Below are positions 37,976 through 51,744 of a DNA stretch of 64,000 nucleotides, piece by piece (positions within the stretch are counted from its first letter, which is position 1; every line of letters begins with the position of its first letter). The translations under genes and the position numbers were made by a program. The notes under the pieces were generated by a model. That model was not told the origin of the DNA, ran no database searches, and saw only the letters and a list, made by a program, of their open reading frames with translations. The DNA is from Narcine bancroftii (taxonomy: Eukaryota). The stretch is taken from the NCBI RefSeq assembly GCF_036971445.1, contig NC_091473.1, positions 208,196,001 to 208,260,000 on the forward strand, written 5' to 3'.

Positions 37976-40900
37976 ACATTTCAATGAAGCTCAGTTGGAG
38001 TCGGTTTGCATTGGCGTGATGTACATCCATCCACAGAAATGCTGTCCTTTTGTATTAGAGTCCAGGAAATCCAGGACATGATAACACCACCAATTAATTC
38101 CATTGAGGAAAGAGAGGGTATCTCCAGAATGTCACTCTTCCTTGTATGGAGAGCAGCATGTGGTCACATGGTTCACAATTTGAACAGCTTTGTGAATGTT
38201 ACATTCTGCAGAAGCCCTAATTCACTATTTGTTCTCAAGTGACTGCAGCCGAGAGACCAGTCTGATCCAATTCACAGAGTTTCGTGTTCTTTGGAAAAGG
38301 ACAAACACAAGCAATGTTATGGTTCATTTGGAGATGAGATGTTATTTCTGGACCGGTGATACGCTCCACACTTTTTCCCCTAATTATTTCTGTAGAGAGT
38401 GGCCAAGAAGGGAAATAAGTGTATTCCAGGAAATTATACTCCAGTAACATCCAATTTGTGGTGGGAACCTCACCAAAAGATACTTGAGGATAGTGTATAT
38501 GTGCACATTTTGAGCATCATGGTCAGATTAACTTGGCTTTACGTGGTGTAGAGAATTATGTGAATGATATTTTTTGAAGAAGTAACAGAGATGGTCGATG
38601 AGGGTGGGACACTGGACCTTGTCCTCATGAATTTCAATGAGGCATTTGAGAAGGTCCCTCACAATAGACTGATCCAGAAAGATAGGATGCATTAAATCGA
38701 CAGTGAATTTTAGATGATTCTGTGGAGTTGTGGACAAAGAATATAACAGATGTAAATCAGTTACAGATATGGGCAGAGAAATGGCAGATGGAGTTTGATC
38801 CAGACAAATGTGAGCTTTTGAACTTTGGAAAGTCAGAAGTAAAGGTGACATATACAGTTCATGGCAGGACTCTTCAAAGCATTGATGTGCAAAGAGATCT
38901 GGGATCCACAGCTCCTTGAAAAGTACCGAAGGTGCTGAAGAAGGGGTGTGGTATGCTTGTCTTCTTCTGGTGGGGCATTCAGTACCAAAGTGAGCAAGAC
39001 ATGTGGCTGCTATATAAATCAGGTTGGAGTCACTTGGAGAACTGCATGCAAATAGAATCATGAATGGCATTGAGAATGTAGACTGTTATTGTCTTTTCCC
39101 AAAGCTAAGCATGTAACACACAAGAGAACGTGTTTAACCTGAACAAGAGCAAGTTTTAGCAAGATCTTTCACTCAGATGGTGGTTGGTGCCTGAAACAGG
39201 GATAGTGGTGGAAGCAAATAACAGAGTAACATGTTAGAGCCTTCTGAACAGACTCAGATACATGACGGAAGGGGTGAACAACTTTACTTTTAGATGTGGT
39301 GAGGGCACTCGTGATGTAAAAGTTCCCCAGCTTGTTGTAAGAATAAAACATTGCAGCAACAGGCCATTTTGGCCACAAGCCCTTGGCACACAATTTACAC
39401 CCAATGAACCTTCATCTCTGGATTCAAACAGTGGGAAGAAACTGGATCCCCCAGGAAAAGTCCACGCAGACATGAGGAGAATATGAAAACTCCATACAGA
39501 CAGCCCAGGATTTTAACCCCGGTCACAATCGCTGGCGCTGTAAAGGCGTTGTGCTGACTGCTACGCTAACCATGTCGTCCATATATACAGGAGAAAAATT
39601 GTGGAAAGAATGCAGAGTCTGAAGAGAGAGACAGACTAATGAGTGGAGAAGGGTCTGTCAAGTTCTACAAAGTTGTAAAATCTGAGGTCATTCAAGGTGG
39701 AAGAAAATAATAGATCAGGTTATTTTTTTTAATGGTGAATATTTACCGTATGCTCTGATCCAGAGGGAGTTGGCAATGATTGTGAATGAATCACAAAGGT
39801 TAATTTGCAGATGCAAGAGGTAATGAAGAAGGGAAATGGGATGTGGGCCTTCACTTCCGGAGGGATTGAATTGAAGAGAGGTAGGATCTGCTGTAGCTGA
39901 ACAGGGTTCAGGTGAAGCTGCACCTGGAGTTTGAGTCTCCATATGTGAGAAGAAAGGATATATGGATTGGAAGCGGTGGTTCATCAGGTTGATTCCAGCA
40001 AAGAAAGGTTCAGGCTGTAAGGGGAGATTGAGTCGCTGGGAATATAGTCACTGGAATTAAGAAGAATGAGAGGGGATCTTACAGAAAGGTAAAATTATGA
40101 AAGGGATAGATCAGATGTGGAAGGAAATTTATTTCCACTGAGTGGGGGGGGGGGCCCTAACCTCAAGATTCGGGGGAATGGTTTAAAGATATAAGTGCGG
40201 ATTAACTCTTTTTAAAAATATTCTATTTATAATTTTCCAGACTTAAACAATTATCCATCTTATCGATGTTAATGTTGACAATATCAACATTGATTACAGT
40301 TAACAATTATCAATTCAATACAAGAATTTCTGAGGAGTTCAAGCTTTCTCGATCCCTTTATCGCCACCCCCCCCCACCCCAACACCACCTTACCCCCTCC
40401 ACATTTAACACTTAACCAACCACAGTTACACACAATATTCAAGATGTTCACAACAAAGGTATGAAACATCTATCTGGGGTTCATGTGTTTGTCACGTCGT
40501 GGCAGCCACTGAGGATTAACTCCCTTTTACAGAGAGGATTGTATTCACTGGTATTAAGAAAAATGAGAGGGGATCTTATAGAAATGTGCAAAATTCTAAA
40601 AGAGATAGATAACAGTGGCAGGAAAGTTCCTGCTCTGGCAGGTGAAATTAGAACAAGGAACATCTCATGAAGACTTGGGGGAATATATTTAGGAGAGAGA
40701 TGATGAGGATCTGTTTTTCAGAGAGTGTCGAGAGTGGAATTCCCTGCCCAAGGAAGTTGTGAAGATGTACTCATAAGATATATTGTCTTTTTAAATTAAT
40801 TTTTATTGTTTTGTCAGAAAAAACAAATATATAATAAATCCATTGCTTGAGACAATTACACATTTGAGGTTATAGCATAGATTATGACAATACTTACTCT

Positions 40901-42291
40901 TAACTCACAGTCCAATATGTATTTGTACAAAGAGTTGCGTAAGGAGTAAAGAAAGAGAAAAAAGGGAAAGAAAAAAACAAACTCAATGCCATCCAAGGTT
41001 GTAATTGATAATGAGGATCTGCTTTTCCGAGACCACAGAAAATCGGTGGAATTCTCTGCCCAAGTAAGTTGTAGAGACCTGCTCATTAGATATATTCAAG
41101 ACAGAGTTTTGCATTGTGGGGGAATCAAGGGGGTTATGGGGAACAGGCAGGTATTTGGAACTAATTCCAGGTCCAGATCACCCATAATCTTGTTGAATGG
41201 TGAACAGGCTCAATTTCTTTATATCAGGAGGACAGGACAGCAAGGGGGAGGAGTTATGCTGTAGGTTAGAACACGTGTGCAGTACTGAGCAGTTTGGATA
41301 CCACAACCAGGACAGGAAATTCCAGCTGGACAGACCTGGACCCTCACGGGTAAATTACAAGGTGAGATAGTTTAATGATGGTGTATTCTCTGAAATCTGG
41401 AAAGCTGAAGGAAGACACATTCAATGTTTTCAGGATGTTAAAGGAAAATGACAGAGATAATTAGAAGACATTATTTCTTTTTGTTTCATTGATTTAGTGT
41501 ATTTTTTATTGTTCTGTGCACCGAGATGCAGTTTAAAAACAGAGTTTTGCATGCTATCCAGGCATAGCAAAAGGTCGCCACTCTCTCGTTCCGTTTATGG
41601 TTCCAGAATTCGCTGAAAACCATATGGTAAAAACAAAGTTAATGGAGTAATCATAATGAGTGTCCACTGGGATTCTGTCATTCAACAATATAGCAAATCA
41701 AAATTTTGTTCAGCAGCGTCCTGCCTTTCTAGGAGCTGGCTCGTCATCGGCTGCTGGATGGGAAGTGACTCAAACAGCCACTCCGTGTTATCAGTTATAG
41801 ACCGAGTAAGCGCAGTTTCCATAACCACAGTTACTGTCCTGGCTCTGTTACCCTCCCAGGTAATTGTTGTAATTCAAGTCATTCAACAGGCTGTGTCTTC
41901 AGAATTCCATGAGTTTCCATGGTACTTCAGTAGCTGTACTTGTGAATGCAAACCTGCTTCCAGAAAGTACTTTTTCCTCAGTTTAATGCAGTTCAGGTCT
42001 CACATTTGTCCCTCAGACATTTTGGAGGGAAGAGTTTTACAGACAAGTTCACACCGTTTTACAAGGACGCAATCGATGCTAGATCCAAAGGTTATTTTGA
42101 CACTGAGACACTGGAATTTTTGCTGGCCCAAGGTTTTAATGGTAAAGTCAGATAACACAATTGGTTCCAGATCATCCACAACCTCATGAAATGGCTCATG
42201 TCCTCTTGCTATCTTCATTTTATTGAGACGTTGTTGGTCTTCATGAAACATATGTGGGAAACTAACTTTCCTGCTTTCTCGATCACTGCAG

Positions 42292-42434
42292 AAGCCTGCC
42301 CTGAATGGATAGGAGAGGAAGGAAAGGAAGAACCAGGAGAGTTGGATGGAGATGACAACGTGCTTACAGTTGCTGCCTTCGCCATTCTGTTCATTATCAG
42401 TTTTCTCTACAGCACCTTTGTCACTGTGGTCAAG
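42292..42434 (+). CDS. IGHW: IgW TM1 exon (EACPEW...VAAFAILFIISFLYSTFVTVVK)
   Basis: Acidic spacer plus the conserved antigen-receptor TM motif (LF..S..YST.VT). Phase-1 acceptor and donor AAG|GTAACC. Confidence 0.95.
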
Positions 42435-43065
42435 GTAACCAAATTACCAATATCAGAGATAACCCATGAAACCCACCTTCCAGCTTCCATTTCTCACTAC
42501 ATTGTGTTCTCGGTTTCTCGAATCCCAACTATAGCACGATCAACAGCGGATTCAGTCGGGGGGGCCTGCACAACCCTGGGACATTAAACCTTACTCCTGT
42601 TCTCTGGGCTTTGACATAGCAAATGTGACAGAACGTTGCTGAGTGTTTGGGACAATGATCCTGGGCTCCAGCATTGAAATCAAACAAGAGTTGTGTTCAT
42701 GTGAACAAGGAAGATATCTGCACCGAAAACCTGAGCCCGAAGGCAGATCTCACTTCAGACCCCAACTGGGCTTCAGACTGCCTCTCCTTTAGGGACCTCC
42801 TGAGAGAATGTTGAGAGATCACCTGTCCGTGAGGAACCATCTCCTAGAAGAAAAATAGACCATTTTCCCATGGGATCCATTATCTGCAAGTGTGACAGAC
42901 CCCTTAACCAGGAGGGTCCTAGAAAAGGGGGGAACCACCCATCTCGGAGGGTCCGTCTCCTCGAATAAGGACAGTCCCCTTTATTTATTTTACCCATCCT
43001 TCCAGGTCATGGTCTGTGCTGCCTCTTACAAAACACAATATCTCACTTCTCTGTCCACATTCCAG

Positions 43066-43077
43066 GTACAGCAATGA
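43066..43077 (+). CDS. IGHW: IgW TM2 exon (VQQ*)
   Basis: Pyrimidine tract ctcacttctctgtccacattccAG, then GTA CAG CAA TGA. AATAAA at 43204. Confidence 0.7.
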   Translation, partial: VQQ

Positions 43078-45289
43078 CCAACAGATACACGCACCACCTT
43101 CCGTCAGGAAATCCCGGTGAAGCTGCTGATGTTCCGAAATGGATTCTCCCTCTCATTCCCTCAGCAATCCTAGGCTACTGCACTGCAACTGTTCATTTCA
43201 GGAAATAAACCTTTCTATGCACTGGGGATCCTGGAAAAGAATTGGGTTGGGAGAGGGAGGGAGGGACAGGAGGGGTCATAGCAGCGGGAAAATGTCAGGG
43301 TGTGTGACAATGGATGGGTGGGGAGAGGCAGGCAGGTTTAATTTTTGGGAATGCAAGTGGGGTCAGTGACAATGAAGAGGGCAGTGGGGGAGGGGGTATT
43401 GATATTGTGGAGCAGGAAAGTGATCTGGGGACATGAGAGGAGTTTGAAGCAACGTGGTGGAGGGTGGGTCAGTGCTTGGGGTCTTGATATGTCGACTTTT
43501 GTAAATAAGTTGTTGTTGAAATCATTGCCTGTGGCTTATTTTTCAGTTTTTTGCTGGACTGTATGTTTTGATTTAAAGTCAGATATATTAAAAAATGGAT
43601 GATTAAAGTGAAAAAAAATACCTGTCCCATCTTAATTCCCTCACCACATCTGGGAGTTCACCTTCCACAATTTCCAGCCAACAAGTGGACACCCCCCAGA
43701 ACATATATCACAGAGATTTGCAGCTTGTAATGTTTGAATGTGGTCACATTCTCACTGCTCACATTCATAAGGGATTTCCCACAGTGGAAACATCGGGGCA
43801 TTGCATCCCAAAAAGGACGCTGAGGAGAGCACGACAATGCATGGACAGAGACTGGATTAATAGCAACCAAGAATAGAGCAGGACATCACACATATGTGGG
43901 TAATAAACACCAGCATCTGATGCAAGTGAACTAAGTCCAAGCAGCAGACATTTGGGAAATTAATGCACCAGGATGAGATACGGGAAGAATACACCTTGTC
44001 ATGGGGTCACCTCTGAAATTGCAGGTAACAGGAAACAGCAGACCCCGGCCTAGGGCCAGATGGCACAGTTAATTATGAAGACACAAGTTGCTTTATTGGC
44101 ACATGCCCTGAAATGCACTGAGAAAGTTTTTTTGCAAACAGTCCAGCTGGTCATTTCGTAGATTGTACAGGAAGTAAAACACGGTATAAGAGCAATGTTA
44201 CAGATAGAGATCAGTTAGCACAGGGCAAGGCAACATGATTTTACTGATGTGAATATAATTAATCTCCTCATCCAACGTCATGAGGGACATATGTCTTATC
44301 TTGGAGAATGGTCTGATTCCCATGTATGAGAAACAATTCATACAAGAATATCAGTTATTTCAGAAAATGAAGAGGATCAAATTCACGATGTGACCCCAGA
44401 CAAATGCCCATGGTTCATAATTTATACCTGGATAAGATTTGAGAGACTGCACCAAAAATAACCTATTGGGAGAGAATCCCAGTGCCCAAAACCCAAAGTG
44501 CAGAGCAGGTGGGTGTGGATTATGACCCGAACTCTGATCCTGGGAGAATAAATCACAGGAACAAACAAAGGGTGAACCTGACCTTGGAACAGGACTTGAT
44601 GGAGATGACCTGCCCCATGGGTAAACCATCCACAGCCAGTTATACAAATGAAAACAATTTGTTCATCCAGTTTCCATGGAAACAATGAAACAGTCATTAA
44701 ATTACATAACATTGAATTAATTACATTGCAATTTAGATCAGGAATCAATCCCAATCCAATGGGATGGATCTATTAAATTTAAACATAAGTACAGCACGGT
44801 AACAGGCGCTTCCGGTACACCTTATGATATTGCTAAACATCCATATGTTTTGAAGGGTGGGAGTAAACCAGAGGACCCGGAGGAACCCCTCAAAGACGTG
44901 GGGAGAACATACAAACTCCTTACGGACAGTGCCGGAGTCAAACCAGGCCACTGGTGCCACAACAGAGTTGAGCTTATCACTCAGCTGACCATTCCGCCCC
45001 AACATAGAAAACAACATCGAGGTGGATCAGTCATAGCGCAGTATAAAAATGCGTGACATTTATTTCTTCATTCATAAGATGTGGAGAGGTCCAGTATTTG
45101 TTCCCATCCCTAACGGCTCTTGAACTGGGTGGTTCACTGTGCCAGTTCACAGCAAACGATCAGCTACTGCACTGCGGTGTCTGGAGTCTTGTACAGATCA
45201 GGCCAGGGAAAGTCAGCAGATAATCGTCATTGAAGCCTGTCAGTGTCAGATTTAAAATCCAATCTTTTTTAAAATGTCTAAACCTCTGA

Positions 45290-45990
45290 CACAGGCCCTT
45301 TATTCCATACATTTAATGGAATGAACTTTGACCTCCCAGCTGCTGTTTGACTGGAACTTGTGCCCAAATCATGCAGTTTCTTTATGACATCCAGTAAATT
45401 AAAAATCATGTTGGTGTATCTGCCATTCTACGCCTTCATTCCCTCCACTTCCTCGTGCTCCCTCTTTCTCTCTCCTGCTCCATGCACTCAGCTCCCCTCT
45501 GCCTTCCACTTCAAATCACTCCTTTTTGTACGTTTCCTCTGTTTTTTTCCTGGTTAATAATAGATTTCTCCCCAATGTCCTCCCTCTCTCTCCCCACCCC
45601 TCCCCACCTTGTGCACCTATGACACTTTGTCAACTTCCTTCCATCTTTCACAGCAGCGTGGTGTCAGCAGCCAACAAACAACATCTGTCACTGAGCAACC
45701 AGACTCCCTCCCACCCTCATAATTTAGCCATCGACAAACCCAGGAAGTGGAACAAAGAAGGACCTTACCAGGCTACTGGCCTCTGCTCCTCTCCACAAGT
45801 ATCAGCTCTGAACATTGACCTGCCATCTCCTCTCCCTCTGTGCATAAGAACGGCTAATCTTCCGGTGTATTTTAAACACATCCTTGCTCACAAATACGGC
45901 CTCAAATTCTGTTTCCTGTTTTTGTGTTTCAGCTTCTCTCAGCCAATGAATCAGACACTCTGTTTGTACAAAGTGGAGCCAAGTAGGGAG
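45290..45990 (+). repeat. Local duplication, paralogous to about 53320-54090; also 44900-45240 is similar to 45985-46300
   Basis: Shared colinear blocks such as tcccagctgct, ccattctac.ccttcatt, caacatctgtcact.agcaaccagactccct and caaatacggcctcaaattctgt. Confidence 0.85.
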
Positions 45991-46792
45991 AACATACAAA
46001 CTCCTGACGGACAGTGCCGGAGTCAAACCAGGCCACTGGTGCCACAACAGAGTTGAGCTAATCACTCCGCCGACCATTCCACCCCAACATAGAAGACAAC
46101 ATCGAGGTGGATCAGTCATATCACAGTATAAAAATGCGTGACATTTATTTCTTCATTCATAAGATGTGAAGAGGTCCAGTATTTGTTCCCATCCCTAACG
46201 GCTCTTGAACTGGGTGGTTCACTGGGCCAGTTCACAGCAAATGATCAGCTACTGAACTGTGGTGTCTGGAGTCATGTACAGATCAGGCCAGGGAAAGTCA
46301 GCGCCATCTTGAGGGGATGTCACGTGATGCTGTAGGATCAACATGGAGGCTCCTGACTCCCTTGGAAAATTCGTTTTAAATANNNNNNNNNNNNNNNNNN
46401 NNNNNNNNNNNNNNNNNNNNNNNNNNNNNNNNNNNNNNNNNNNNNNNNNNNNNNNNNNNNNNNNNNNNNNNNNNNNNNNNNNNNNNNNNNNNNNNNNNNN
46501 NNNNNNNNNNNNNNNNNNNNNNNNNNNNNNNNNNNNNNNNNNNAACAAGATTGTAAAGTGTATTTGAACCTTGCTTTACTTCCACGATCCCTCCAAAAAA
46601 AAAGGAAAACTGATAGCAATGACCTCCAGAACCCGATGGGAAAAGAATCGAGGCCTACCTTGATGATGAAGCAGCGCCCTGGACTCCGTTCTGCCTCCCA
46701 CCCTGGTGAGCCTTTGGAGGCAACTCGTGCCGGCACCTCTCCCCCGCCCACTCACACACACAGATGTTTGTCAATGAGGACCCTGTAAGTCA

Positions 46793-47789
46793 CACATGTC
46801 AAACTCTGGCCCGTGGATAATTATATTTGGCCCGCAAGATCATTTCAAAAATGTATTAGAGGTGGCCCGCTGGCCGCCGCGCCAGTATAGAGCATGCACA
46901 GTAATACAACAAATCCCAGAATGCATTGGCGTCAGCCTGCTAATCGCCCCCACCTCCTCTGTTTACGTTGCAGGGTCTCACCGTGGACTCTGGTTTTGGG
47001 GCCTGGCCGGTGTCGGGGAAGCCAAGGCCGCTTCCCAGCGCCCGGAACCGGAGGCCTCGGGCCTGACCTCGCCAGGACCGTTGCCCACTCCCCCTCCCTG
47101 CCGCAGGCCGATCCGCGACTCACGGTGATGGGGCCGCTGATCCGCCAAGATGCCGCCCTGCAGCGAGAGCTGATGCCCCCACACTGTCGTTGTCCAACCC
47201 GATCGCCCGCAAACCCCGCCCTCCCGCACACAGGCCTGAGTAAGGATTATGAACTTTAATCTCAGGATAAAACGATCTTCCAATAGTTTCATGTCACAGT
47301 GATAAATATATACCTGGTTAAAAATGATCCTGCACCTGGATACAAGCTCATTAGGCATAAAACTTGAAAAGTGTGTAAATCAAAGGATATCTGTACCAAT
47401 GGAAAAAGGGCATGGCAAATAACCCTGCTAGAGTTCAGCCCACAATCAGTCACCCATTTGATTGTTTCAGGAATCATGTTATTCTCCCACATTCTCAATA
47501 GCCCTCAGATTTTACTATTCGACAGCACACTAGCAACATTTGACAAATCCTCTATAGAGATATTATTTATTGAATATTTTATTTCTCATTTGTTAATGCT
47601 TCTGGAAAGAGTTTATCCAAATCTATTATTAAACATTTATTTTAATAAGAAAAAGTTTAACATTACATGTTGAAAGAAGAGAAAACATGCAGATGTTGTT
47701 GAAAATTTTCAATAAATATTTAGTTCGGCCCTCGACTTAGTCCAAGTTTTTAATTTTGGCCCTCCGTGAATTTGAGTTTGACACCCCTG
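46793..47789. mobile_element. hAT-like non-autonomous DNA transposon
   Basis: Terminal inverted match tgtcaaactc (46798) with gagtttgacacccctg (47774-47789), and subterminal ggccc motifs. Confidence 0.6.
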
Positions 47790-48379
47790 CTGTAAGTGAA
47801 GCATGCCTGTGCAAGCCCAAAGCATTTGTGGGAGCGCAGCAAGCCTTGACAGGCAGGTCGCGGACCTCGGCGCAGGCGGAGGAGGGAGGTTCATCAGCTG
47901 AAGGTGAGGGAGAAGGGGAGGTAATAGAAGAGAATAAGTTTATTCCTCAAACCAAGACAGATGTAAGGGATCAAACAAGGGTTAAGCAAGTATAATAAAA
48001 TAGGAGTCTTCAAAAACAGGATAACAAGTAAATAGATTTAGCAAGTCCTGGAGGTTGATTGATGAGTAAGAACAAAGACATGACACTTCCTGGTAAACAA
48101 GTTTGCAGAAAGGCACATAAACTGATAAGAAGTTAGAATACACTTAGACAGAATTACCTAATGCTAAACCAATCCAGGAGGCAGAAGAATGTTAAGGGGA
48201 AGGTACCTCTGTACCGAAATGGAATGTATAAAAAGTTGGGTAAGCCCCAGTATCTGTGTGTATTCCCAGGGTAAGGGGAAGCACCCAACTTTGCATTGTT
48301 GTAAAATTATAATAAATGTTCTTTGTTCTCAATTTTTGTCTCCAGTGAAATCTGTGACGGCACCTCTGCTTTTCACACA

Positions 48380-51300
48380 GAGGAATTATCTATAATCTTA
48401 ATGCCACAGATTAAAGCAATGAAAGGGGAAATGAGAGAAGGATTAAAGGATGTTAAGGCTGAAATTAAAGAGATGAAAGAAGAAACTGATAAGGTGTTTG
48501 ATGTAAATAAAATGAAGAAGAAATTGGAGAAAATGGAAGAAACAATCACTGGAGTTCAGGATGGTGTGCTTTTTTTGGTATTTTTTTATTTATTGCACCA
48601 TGAATCATATCAGTAACGATATGTACAAGTGTTCATCATTAAAATATACAGTGACATTTCCTTTTTTTTCTCCTTCTTCATCCCTCCCCACTCCCTTCAA
48701 AAACCAATAAAACACACAAAGAAAACAACAAAAAGCAAAGAAGTTATATCGTCCACTTTTACATATTTAAATCTTACTGTGCTTGTATTCATATCACTTT
48801 AAGGGATGGAGGTCTGAGGTCGGCATTTTGTTCAAATAATGTAAACTTGTCTTTTAGATTGTATGAGATTTTTTTTCTAATGGAATACACTTGTTCAATT
48901 CTGGGTGTATGTCGTGTTGAAGACTGTGTCTAATGTAGGAAAATACAAGTACTGGTTTACTTAAAGCAAATGAAAAGCTTTCTGATAAAGTGTCTATTTT
49001 GGAGAATTTCAGTCGAAGAAAGAAATAACATTAAAATAGTAGGCCTTTCAGAAGGGAAAGAAGGTCCAGATGCAATATGCTTCTTTCAAGATTTGGACTC
49101 CTCAAGTATTGGTAGAAAATAACTTTGAGAATAAGATTGAGAATGAAAGAGCCCAGAGGGCCCTGAGTCCTAAGCCTCTCCCTAATCAAAAGCCACATTC
49201 CATATTAATGAAGTGTCTGCATTTTCAAGACAGAGAGAAAGTTTTAAGACTTGCTGTGAAAGGAGCGAAGGAAGGACAAGGTCTTTTGTTATGGGAAGGG
49301 GATATTCTACCCCAACTTGAGTGAAAATTTGTTGAGAAGAAAGAAAGAATTGAATTCAGCTGAGAAAATTCTATACAATATAATTTTGTCCTTTGACACC
49401 CTGCGACTGAAGATTTTGGTTCTGAGACACCAGATTCTTTACAAATTTTACTCAAGTGGAAGAATATGCTAGGAGTCTTCCCAACCTCAACCTTTAGAAA
49501 CTACTACGGACTTGATGCAATTAACTATCCATTTTTTTCTTTCTTTTACTTTAATTTCATAATTGAGATGGAAGAATTTTTTTCCTTTATGCCCTTTTTC
49601 TTTTGATTTTTGAACTGTTATCTTAATTATGATTAATTAGTTAGTTGATTAATTTTTATTAGCTAAGTGATGAAAGTTTATAAATTGAATATACCAAAGG
49701 AGTTGGGAGGTGTGGATTTCTGTGTGTGTTTGTGGCTGGTCACAACCTGTAAAATGGAGGGAGTTAGTGTTGGGCAACACTTATTGAGGGGGGGGGGTTT
49801 ATATTGTTATAGGTATGAACTTGTACAGGTATTTTATTTTGTAGGGAGAGACGGCCGAGGGACCGCGGTCAGGGAGGCAGTCAGGCAGCCAAGGGACGCG
49901 GTCAGGGGTCAGGCGGCCGAGAGACCGCGGTCAAGGGGCAGGCGGCCGAGGGACCGCGGTCAGAGGGCAGGCGGCCGAGGGACCGCGGTCAGGGGGCAGG
50001 CGGCCGAGGGACCGCGGTCAGGGGGCAGGCGGCCGAGGGACCGCGGTCAGGGGGCAGGCGGCCGAGGGACCGCGGTCAGGGGGCAGGCGGCCGAGGGACC
50101 GCGGTCAGGGGGCAGGCGGCAGAGGGACCGCGGTCAGGGGGCAAGCGGCCGAGGGACCGCGGTCAGGGGGAAGGCGGCCGAGGGACTGTGGTTGGGGCAG
50201 GCGGCCGGGTGACTGGAAGGGGGTAGGGGTGGATACAGCAGCACAATTCGGGTGGGCTTTCCGAAATCCGGAAAAATCGGAAATTCAGAACACACTGTCC
50301 CCCGCGGGTTCTGGATAAAGGATCGTGTACCTGTATTACAACTTTTTTCTTCTTTTGGATTGCTAGGTGCCTATAGAGACACAGTTTTGTTGGATTTGGA
50401 GGAGGTCTGGGTGAGGGAGAGGGATTGATAAATGTTTGGTCTAGATGAATAGGTAATTAAGTTGGTAAATTTTAATGTTAATGGGCTAAAGGGAACATTA
50501 AAAAGAAAGAGAGTGTTAACATAAGAAATTGGGAGTTGATGTAGTATTTAACTGAAAAATAAGACAGAATTAAAATGGGTATGGGTGGGATATGTAATGT
50601 CATCATTTAATTCTAAAGCAAGAGGGATGGCAATTTTGATTACAAAGAATCTACCGATTAAGATTCAGAATATTGTAACAGTCTCTGCAGGTAGATATGT
50701 AATGATATTGTCAAATATTTTCAGAAATGTGGACACTTTTTGATTTGTATGCTCCAAATATTGATGATGAGAAATTTATTCAAGATACCTTTTTAAATCT
50801 AGCAGAGGCACATGAAAATATCCACTCAAGTAATGACGAGAACGAAAGCTGCGAAAGCGCCATTGGGTTTGATGAGAGATTTGAACATAATTGATGTAAT
50901 GAGTACATGGATGTGGGGGTTGGGGGATTATGGGGAGGGAGCAGGTAGGTGGAACTAGTAGTTTCACTTAAATTGGTGCAGACTAGAAGGGCCGATATGG
51001 CTTGTTTCCGTACTGTAATTGTGATATGGTCATATGGAGAAGAATTCGCCCCAGAGAGATAGACTATTCATTTTATTTTAGTAGGTTTGATTTTTATTCC
51101 AGAATTTATCTAATTTTGGTTTTCCCTCAAATACAAACTCAGACTTTTGAAGTGGATTGTAAGATGAGGATTTTATCTGACCATTCACCTTTGTTAATAA
51201 CTATGGAAATGCCTGATCAGGAGAAGTCGATGGAGATTAAATTCCTTATTGTTGAAAAGGAAAGATTTTTGTAATTTTGTTCGAAATTAAATTTGGATAT

Positions 51301-51660
51301 TTTGTGATACAAACTTGAATTCCATAAATGATAAATTTACTATATGGGATGCTTTAAAGGCATATTTACATCAAATTATAAATTTTACATCTAAAATTAA
51401 GAAGGATTATATGAGAGAAATAGATCAATTAGAAAAATAAATTACATTTTTTGAAAAGGATCTTCAAACATCTGTTTCTGAAGATAAGCATAGACAATTG
51501 ATTAATAAAAAGTTTCATTATAATACATTACAAACATAGGACTGAGAAAGCTATTATTAGGACGAGGCAAAAAATATTATGAATTAGGTGAGAGATCACA
51601 AAGTATTAGCTTGGAAATTAAAACGCAGAACAAACTTTGAGAATAAAGCAATTAAAAAAA
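48380..51660 (+). mobile_element. Old degraded L1/Tx1-like LINE (ORF1 and endonuclease remnants) with nested insertions
   Basis: ORF 49070..49324 (ERAQRALSPKP...SILMKCLHFQDRE) and APE remnants (NVNGL; SDHSPL in ORF 51002..51274). Confidence 0.7.
49852..50200. repeat. 29-bp GC/CpG-rich minisatellite, about 11 copies
   Basis: gggaccgcggtcagggggcaggcggccga repeated. Confidence 0.95.
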
Positions 51661-51744
51661 TACTAACGCAATGGTTCTCAACCTTTTTCTTTCCACTCAC
51701 ATATCACCTTAAGTAATGCCATAGGTGCTCTGTGATTAGTAATC

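Noticed and set aside
49667-50212. Arg/Gly-rich 181-aa ORF, and CRISPR-like appearance of the repeat
   Set aside because: It is the translation of a 29-bp minisatellite with no unique spacers, in eukaryotic DNA.
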